Assembly: GCA_036500645.1 (NCBI GenBank)
Contig: DASYBR010000041.1
Location: forward strand, 34,874-98,873
Length of the DNA stretch: 64,000 nt
Direction: 5' to 3'
DNA from: Mycobacterium sp.
Lineage (GTDB): Bacteria; Actinomycetota; Actinomycetes; Mycobacteriales; Mycobacteriaceae
Both the position numbers and the translations under genes were made by a program. Each line of letters opens with the position of its first letter. The stretch's first letter is position 1. The notes under the pieces are model-generated. The model worked only from the letters and a program-made list of their open reading frames with translations, made no database searches and was not told where the DNA came from. Below are positions 57,287-64,000 of the stretch, one piece after another.

Positions 57287-57565
57287 TCAAAACTCGATAT
57301 GCAGATTCGTGCTGGCAGGCCTCGCCTGACACGCGAGAATCAGGCCGTCCCGTAGATCGTCGGGTCCGAGCAGCTCGCAGCCGGCCATGTCGACCCGGCC
57401 GCGCACCACGGTGCCGACGCACGACCCACAACGGCCCTCGCGGCACGAGTGGGGCACCTCGATGCCCGCCTCGAGCAACATCTCAACGAGGGTCTGACCG
57501 CGCGGCCAACGAAGCCGATGTCGCCGACCATCAAGGTCGACCTCGACGTGTGCAACTTCTGACAT
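57287..57565 (-). CDS. Stand-alone plant-type 2Fe-2S ferredoxin resembling the KshB C-terminal domain
   Basis: SCREGRCGSC..LACQ motif; 92 aa from ATG 57565. Confidence 0.85.
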   Translation of the reverse strand: MSEVAHVEVDLDGRRHRLRWPRGQTLVEMLLEAGIEVPHSCREGRCGSCVGTVVRGRVDMAGCELLGPDDLRDGLILACQARPASTNLHIEF

Positions 57566-57607
57566 GCGCCGATCGTCTCCGATCAACACCGGTTGGCCGA
57601 CCCGCGC

Positions 57608-57623
57608 GCCCAGTGGCCGGGAC
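57608..57623. promoter_or_regulatory. Steroid-cluster 16-bp motif, copy 4 (GCCCAGTGGCCGGGAC)
   Basis: 42 nt upstream of the ferredoxin ATG. Confidence 0.55.
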
Positions 57624-57637
57624 GATTCGCATTCGGT

Positions 57638-57653
57638 GTCCGGTGACCGGGAT
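57638..57653. promoter_or_regulatory. Steroid-cluster 16-bp motif, copy 5 (GTCCGGTGACCGGGAT)
   Basis: 43 nt upstream of the BVMO GTG. Confidence 0.7.
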
Positions 57654-57696
57654 CCTTCAGCGGCCCACGACGGCGCAGGCCCTACCGTCGGCGCTC

Positions 57697-59304
57697 GTGA
57701 ACGATGCAGGCCAGTCTCTCGACGTCGTAGTGGTTGGCGCGGGCTTCGCCGGCCTCTACGCCCTGCACCAGCTGCGCGCCCAAGGTCTCTCGGTGCGGGT
57801 GCTCGAAGCGGCACCAGAGCTGGGCGGCACCTGGTACTACAACCGTTATCCGGGCGCGCGCTGTGACGTCCAGAGCGTCGACTATTGCTACTCGTTCTCC
57901 GACGCGCTGCAGCAGGAATGGAGTTGGACCGAGAAGTACGCCACCCAGGCTGAGATCCTGCGCTACCTGAATTGGGTCGCCGACAAACTCGACCTGCGCC
58001 GCGACATCGCTTTCAATACCCGAGTGGTCTCGGCGGTGTTCGGCGAGGCGACGCTGCGGTGGACGATCGCCATCGATTCGGATCGGGCGCTGTCGGCACG
58101 GTTCTGCGTGATGGCGACGGGCCCGTTGTCGGCGGCCATGACCCCGAGCTTCAGCGGCTTGGACTCCTTCGCGGGGGAGATCTACCACACCGCCGCCTGG
58201 CCGCACGATCCCGTCGACTTTTCCGGCAAGCGCGTCGCGGTGATCGGCACCGGATCCTCAGGCATCCAATCGATTCCGATCATCGCCGAACAGGCCGCGC
58301 ACCTCTACGTCTTCCAGCGCACCCCCAACTACAGCGTCCCGGCCGGCAACAAGCCGTTGTCCATAGGCGAACTCGACGAGATCAAGGCCACCTACGCGGA
58401 GCGTCGCAGATTGTCCTGGCGCAGCGGTGGCGGCTCACCACACATCACCGCTCCGAAGCCGACTTTTGCGTTCACCCCCGAGGAGCGCCACGCGGCGTTC
58501 GAAAAACGCTGGCAGCTGGGCGGCGTGCTGTTCTCCAAGACCTTCCCGGACCAGATGACCGACGCGGCCGCGAACGAGGAGGCCCGAAAGTTCTTCGAGC
58601 AGAAGGTCCGCGCGGTCATCGACGACCCGGCACTCGCCGGACTGCTGATTCCCGATGATCACCCGATCGGAACCAAGCGAATCTGTACGGACAGCAACTA
58701 CTTTCAGACCTTTAACAGGCCCGATGTTACGCTGATCAGCGTGCGCGCCACGCCGATCGAATCGGTTGACGCCACCGGCATCACCACCAGCGACGGGCAC
58801 TATGACCTCGACATGATCGTGCTGGCAACGGGTTTCGACGCGATGACCGGGGCACTGGCCAAGATCGACATCGTGGGCCGGCGCGGGGCGACGCTGCGCA
58901 ACGACTGGGCCAATGGGCCACGCACCTACCTGGGGCTGGGCGTAGACGGGTTTCCCAATCTGTTCCTGATCTCTGGACCGGGGGCGCCCGCTGTGCTGGC
59001 GAACATGGTGTTGCATGCCGAAGCGCAGGTGGATTGGATCGCCGACGCCATCGCCCATCTCGACGACCACGGGTGCGCCGCGATAGAAGCCACCGCCCAC
59101 AGCGTCGACGGTTGGGTCGCCGAATGCGCCCGTCGTGCTGACGAGACGCTGTTCACCAAGGCGAATTCCTGGTACATGGGCGCCAACGTCCCCGGAAAGC
59201 CGAGGGGTTTCATGCTGTTCGTGGGGGGCTTTGCGACCTACAACGACATCTGCGCAGAGGTGGCCGACGCGGGCTACAAGGGCTTCGATTTAATCAAACG
59301 ATGA
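57697..59304 (+). CDS. Type I Baeyer-Villiger monooxygenase (steroid / cyclohexanone monooxygenase family)
   Basis: GAGFAG, GGTWYYNRYPGARCD, BVMO fingerprint FAGEIYHTAAWP, GTGSSG; GTG 57697 lies 8 nt after TACCGT. Confidence 0.93.
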   Translation: MNDAGQSLDVVVVGAGFAGLYALHQLRAQGLSVRVLEAAPELGGTWYYNRYPGARCDVQSVDYCYSFSDALQQEWSWTEKYATQAEILRYLNWVADKLDLRRDIAFNTRVVSAVFGEATLRWTIAIDSDRALSARFCVMATGPLSAAMTPSFSGLDSFAGEIYHTAAWPHDPVDFSGKRVAVIGTGSSGIQSIPIIAEQAAHLYVFQRTPNYSVPAGNKPLSIGELDEIKATYAERRRLSWRSGGGSPHITAPKPTFAFTPEERHAAFEKRWQLGGVLFSKTFPDQMTDAAANEEARKFFEQKVRAVIDDPALAGLLIPDDHPIGTKRICTDSNYFQTFNRPDVTLISVRATPIESVDATGITTSDGHYDLDMIVLATGFDAMTGALAKIDIVGRRGATLRNDWANGPRTYLGLGVDGFPNLFLISGPGAPAVLANMVLHAEAQVDWIADAIAHLDDHGCAAIEATAHSVDGWVAECARRADETLFTKANSWYMGANVPGKPRGFMLFVGGFATYNDICAEVADAGYKGFDLIKR

Positions 59305-60112
59305 CAGGGTTGCTCGACAAGGTCGTGTTGGTCACCGGCGCCGCGCGGGGTACCGGACGCGTGCACTGCGCGCGGTTCGCCGACGAAGGCGCCGATGTGA
59401 TCGCGCTCGACGCGCTGCCAACTGCCGACGAGTTGCGGGGTACCGCAACGGAAGTCGAGAGCCGCGGCCGACGCTGTGTGACGGGTCTGGCCGACGTCAG
59501 CGACCTCGAAACCCTGACGGCGGCAATCGACGCCGGTGTGGCCGAGCTGGGCCGCCTTGACGTGATCGTCGCCAACGCCGGAATCTACCCGCTGGGTGGA
59601 CCCTCATGGGAACTCGACCCGCAGGTGTGGCAGCGCACGCTGGACATCAATCTCACCGGCGTCTGGCACACGGTCAGGGCGGGTGTGCCGCACATGTTTG
59701 ATCGGGAAGGGGAGCAGGGCGGTTCCGTCGCAATCATCAGCTCCACCAACGGTCTTCGCGGCACCGCCAACACCGCCCACTACACCGCCAGCAAGCACGC
59801 GGTCGTAGGACTGGCGCGTACGCTGGCCAACGAATTGGGACCGCGAAGCATTCGGGTCAACACCGTGCACCCCGGGCCGGTGGCGACCCCGATGGTCCTC
59901 AACGAGGAGATGTTTCGGCGGCTACGCCCCGACCTGGACAACCCGACCGCCGCCGACGCTGCCGAGGCGCTGCAGGCGCGCACGCTGCTTCCGGTGCCCT
60001 GGGTGGAGCCGGTCGACGTCGCCAACGCCGTGGTGTTCCTGGCCTCCGAGCAGGCCCGCTACATCACCGGCATCCAGCTCGTCATCGATGCCGGCCTGAT
60101 GCAGAAGACGAC

Positions 60113-60116
<4 letters not shown>
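59301..60116 (+). CDS. Mycofactocin-type SDR oxidoreductase
   Basis: TGAARGTGRVHC, ANAG, HYTASKH, LPVPWVEPVDVANAV. Confidence 0.88.
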
Positions 60117-60946
<830 letters not shown>

Positions 60947-60956
60947 GAGCACGATT

Positions 60957-61067
60957 GTGACCAGTCAAGGGACCGACATCGAACGCTTAGCGGCACAGGT
61001 GCGCCTGCTCGAGGACGAACGCGACGCACACGCGTTGCTGACGAAAGGCCTTGCGGGGACGCCTTAA
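60957..61067 (+). pseudogene. Internally deleted SnoaL / NTF2-like gene remnant (36 aa)
   Basis: AGGAG SD plus GTG; DIERLAAQVRLLEDERD resembles the SnoaL N-terminal helix and is joined to a short tail; its stop shares TTAA with the hsaD stop. Confidence 0.6.
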
Positions 61068-61936
61068 CCGCGGGACAAGAAGCTCAGCACAGTGCTCTCG
61101 AAGGCCTCCTTGGCCTCGATCATCGCCCAGTGCCCGGAGTTGGGGAAGATGTGCAGTTCTGCGTTGGGGATGGTGCGCATCGGGATGAGTGCCATGTCGG
61201 GCGGGCTCACTCTGTCGTCTCGGCCCCACGTCAGCAAGGTGGGCACCGTCAGCTTATGCATCATCGCCCACGGCAGCGGCCGGTCGGAGGCGCTCATCGC
61301 GGCGTTCATCGCGGAAAACGCTGCTTTGCCGTACATCCGGCGCGCGGTGGCCAGCGTGTCCGGATCGGTAGCAAGCTGCCAGCGTTCCTCGATGAGCTCC
61401 TCGGTGATCAGCGACTGGTCGTACACCATCGATTTGAGCCAGTCGACCAGCCGCTGCCGGGTGGGATCCTCGATGAACTCCTGCAGCAGCCGGATGCCCT
61501 CACTGGGGCTCGGGCTGAAGATGTTGGTTCCGATTCCGCCGATCGTCACCAATCGGCCGACGCGGTCCGGATTCTGGGTGGCGAAGTTGATGCCGACGCC
61601 GCCGCCCATCGAGTTCCCGACGATGTGCACCCGTTGGACTCCCAGCACGTCCAGGAAGGGTGGCACGGCGCCGAATGCGGTGATCATCGGGTGGCCGCCG
61701 AAGTCGTCGCTGACTCCGAAACCGGGGAACTCCAGGATCAGGCAGCGGAAGTGTTGCGCGAACGTCGGCAGGATCCCGCGAAAGTTGCGCCACCCGGTGA
61801 CCCCTGGGCCCGAGCCGTGCAAGAACAGCAGCACATGACCGGAATCGCTGCCGCTGTCGTAGTAGCGCAAAGCGCCCTTTTCAGTGCTGATCTCACGCAG
61901 GTCGGTCGCGGTGAGCTGTTCGGAAGTGTCTGCCAC
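61064..61936 (-). CDS. hsaD: Meta-cleavage product hydrolase (HsaD/BphD type alpha/beta hydrolase)
   Basis: LHGSGPG..GWRNF, GNSMGG, WGRDDRV, GHWAMIE; start GTG 61936 (alternative 61945). Confidence 0.85.
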   Translation of the reverse strand: MADTSEQLTATDLREISTEKGALRYYDSGSDSGHVLLFLHGSGPGVTGWRNFRGILPTFAQHFRCLILEFPGFGVSDDFGGHPMITAFGAVPPFLDVLGVQRVHIVGNSMGGGVGINFATQNPDRVGRLVTIGGIGTNIFSPSPSEGIRLLQEFIEDPTRQRLVDWLKSMVYDQSLITEELIEERWQLATDPDTLATARRMYGKAAFSAMNAAMSASDRPLPWAMMHKLTVPTLLTWGRDDRVSPPDMALIPMRTIPNAELHIFPNSGHWAMIEAKEAFESTVLSFLSRG

Positions 61937-61978
61937 GGATGTCACCCTGCCATGCCGTGGCGGCGAGGCCGGATGCGG

Positions 61979-61994
61979 TTCCGCTGAGCGGGCC
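61979..61994. promoter_or_regulatory. Steroid-cluster 16-bp motif, copy 6 (TTCCGCTGAGCGGGCC)
   Basis: 42 nt upstream of GTG 61936 of hsaD. Confidence 0.6.
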
Positions 61995-61996
61995 GG

Positions 61997-63391
61997 TCAG
62001 CTTTCGTCGTGCCTGGGTTCGCTGCAATTCAGCAGCTCTTTGAGTGCGGCGGGGAACGCATCGGCGAGGTCCCACAGGTCTCCGACGAGGTCGGGACAGG
62101 AGATGATGCCGACACCGAGGCGGCCGTTGAGCGACATGACGGTGATGTTGAGTGCGGCGCGGGCGATGATCGGGCCGAGCGGATACATCGCGTCGACTCT
62201 GCAGCCGAGCAAGTAAAGCTGCTCCTGTGGTCCGGGCACGTTGGACATCACCAGGTTGTGCGGCGGTTTGTCCGGCAGGGGTATCCGGGGCAGCAGTTTC
62301 ATCGCCGCGCCGAACATGGTTTGGCCGGCCACTTGCGTCAAATCCTGCAGCAGGGTGGGGCCCATGGCGGCCGCATGGTCTTTGGCGGCGGTGTTTGCCG
62401 CGGCGATGCTTTCCAGGCGTTCGGCCGGGTCGTCGATGTGGGTTTCGAGCCGGCAGAGCATCCACGTGGTCTGGTTGCGGCCAGGGCGGTCCGATTTGCC
62501 CCGGACGGAGACCGGCACGCTGGCCACCAACGGGCTGTCCGGCAGTTGGTCTCGGTCCAATAAAAACTGCCGCAACGACCCCGCACACAGCGCCGTCACT
62601 ACGTCGTTGACGGTGACCCCGAATCTGCTTTTGACGGTTTTGACGTCTTCGAAGTCCAAGCTCGTGAATGCGATGTTGCGGCGACGGCTGAACGAGCCGT
62701 TGAACTTGGTCGAGGGGGCCGCGAACGGGGCCGCCATGGTGAGCCCACCGCCGCGGGCGCGGACCACCGTCTTCGCCAGAGTCGCCACGGTGGCCGGCAG
62801 CACCTTCGAGACGCGCCAAGGCCGCAACATGGCCCCCATCAGCCCGGATGCGGCGATCTGCAGGGGGTTCGCGCCACCGATGCGGGCAGCCGGTTCGGGC
62901 GCCGGGGAGTCCGGGGCCGTGCTGCACAACTGGGCCAGCAGGTTGGCTCCGCCGACGCCGTCGACCATCGCGTGGTGGGCCTTGAGGACGATCGACAAGC
63001 CGTCGCGGCCGTGCAGGCCCTCGATCACCCACATTTCCCAGAGCGGGCGATCGCGATCGAGAGCCAGCCCGGCGATGTGACCGCCGATCTCCGCTAACTC
63101 CTTCGGCCCGCCGGGTGAGGGGAGCGCAACGCGATGCAGATGGCGCGCCAGGTCGAAACGGTCGTCGTCCACCCAGACCGGATGGTCGAAATTCAATCGG
63201 TTGTCGGCCAGCTTGAGCCGGAATTCGGGCACGGCATCGACGCGCGCCGACAACGCCGCACGGAAGCTCTCGAACGAATAGCCACCCGGAATCGTGACCG
63301 GGTCCATCTCCAAGACGCAGCAAATATTAAAAGGCTGCGTCGGAGATTCCAGGTATAGAAAGAAAGCATCTAACCCACTGAGTCGCTGCAT
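61997..63391 (-). CDS. Wax ester synthase / diacylglycerol acyltransferase (Tgs family)
   Basis: MQRLSGLDAFFL, LDRDRPLWE, catalytic HHAMVDG, TVNDVV, SNVPGP; GGAG before ATG 63391. Confidence 0.93.
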   Translation of the reverse strand: MQRLSGLDAFFLYLESPTQPFNICCVLEMDPVTIPGGYSFESFRAALSARVDAVPEFRLKLADNRLNFDHPVWVDDDRFDLARHLHRVALPSPGGPKELAEIGGHIAGLALDRDRPLWEMWVIEGLHGRDGLSIVLKAHHAMVDGVGGANLLAQLCSTAPDSPAPEPAARIGGANPLQIAASGLMGAMLRPWRVSKVLPATVATLAKTVVRARGGGLTMAAPFAAPSTKFNGSFSRRRNIAFTSLDFEDVKTVKSRFGVTVNDVVTALCAGSLRQFLLDRDQLPDSPLVASVPVSVRGKSDRPGRNQTTWMLCRLETHIDDPAERLESIAAANTAAKDHAAAMGPTLLQDLTQVAGQTMFGAAMKLLPRIPLPDKPPHNLVMSNVPGPQEQLYLLGCRVDAMYPLGPIIARAALNITVMSLNGRLGVGIISCPDLVGDLWDLADAFPAALKELLNCSEPRHDES

Positions 63392-63417
63392 CTCCACTCG
63401 TCTCAATTGCGCGGCTA

Positions 63418-63445
63418 TGACCGCTGGTCACATGACCGGCGGTCA
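63418..63445. promoter_or_regulatory. Tandem TGACC-n3-GGTCA palindromes upstream of the WS/DGAT gene
   Basis: TGACCgctGGTCA at 63418-63430 and TGACCggcGGTCA at 63433-63445. Confidence 0.55.
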
Positions 63446-63601
63446 GCCCAGGGCTCTCCAGAAGCGCACACATGAGGGCAACCGCAATGTGTTTGTGTGA
63501 CTACTAGCTGTAGCCGGTGAGCGGCTTCCGGCAAACATCTGGCCGGTAGATTTAACGAAATCGCCACCCCACGGACTTGCGGGCTCCGGCAATAGCAGGA
63601 G

Positions 63602-64000
63602 TCAGTCGCACTTTGACCTGCGGCCGGTCAGCAGGTGATCGACCGAATACTTGTTATGGCTCCGGAAGGCGACAACGACGGCAAGAAGGATCGCGTGCAG
63701 CAGCTGCTCGCCGATCACGTTGAAGTGCTCGATCGTCGTCGCGCCGAACACCAGCACGATCATTGCCAACCCGCCGGCAACGGCGGCCATGCGGGTCAGC
63801 GCGCCGGCCAGCACCAGGACCCCGGCGGCCAGCTCCACGAACGGCAATACATAGACGCAGGGGGAGACGAGGAAGGCGGGCAGGATCGAGGTCTTGAACT
63901 CGCCCATCATCTGCGCGTGAAAAGCGCTCAGCTTCGGCATCCGGACCAAACCGTGCCCGAACAGACTGGTTCCGATGGTCAGTCGAATCAGCAAGTACGC
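63602..64000 (-). CDS. DoxX-family membrane protein, 5'-truncated by the window edge
   Basis: LLIRLTIG..HGLVR, LPFVELAAG, KYSVD; frame open to the window end. Confidence 0.8.
   Translation of the reverse strand, partial: AYLLIRLTIGTSLFGHGLVRMPKLSAFHAQMMGEFKTSILPAFLVSPCVYVLPFVELAAGVLVLAGALTRMAAVAGGLAMIVLVFGATTIEHFNVIGEQLLHAILLAVVVAFRSHNKYSVDHLLTGRRSKCD

Noticed and set aside
57550-57814. Upstream extensions of the BVMO and ferredoxin ORFs
   Set aside because: They overlap each other and the shared promoter; motif spacing supports starts at 57697 and 57565.
61893-63323. 476-aa alternate-frame ORF within WS/DGAT
   Set aside because: Arg/Pro/Gly-rich off-frame translation typical of high-GC DNA.

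Overview
GC-rich actinobacterial DNA; gene content (PknE, PstS3-like, DUF732, mycofactocin-type SDRs, WS/DGAT, KstR box) points to a non-tuberculous Mycobacterium. The window opens inside a giant NRPS (last six modules: A-T / C-A-T / C-A-T-E / C-A-T / C-A-T-E / C-A-T-TE). Next come an N-acetylglutaminylglutamine amide (NAGGN) amidotransferase/synthetase pair with an MFS transporter and type III glutamine synthetase, pknE, an ArsR-ArsC fusion coupled to a Tat multicopper oxidase, a decaying operon behind a KstR box, and a SnoaL-sulfotransferase-DUF1214-SDR block. The rest is a C19-type steroid catabolic cluster (padR, kstD, kshA, iclR, delta4-dehydrogenase, hsaC/A/D-like genes, BVMO, SDRs) interrupted by an orphan pstS. 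The most striking unannotated signal is a 16-bp quasi-palindromic motif placed 42-43 nt upstream of six start codons in the steroid cluster. Two genes appear collapsed by in-frame internal deletion. No rRNA, tRNA, CRISPR or transposase was recognised. All calls are by eye from motifs; no database searches were run.
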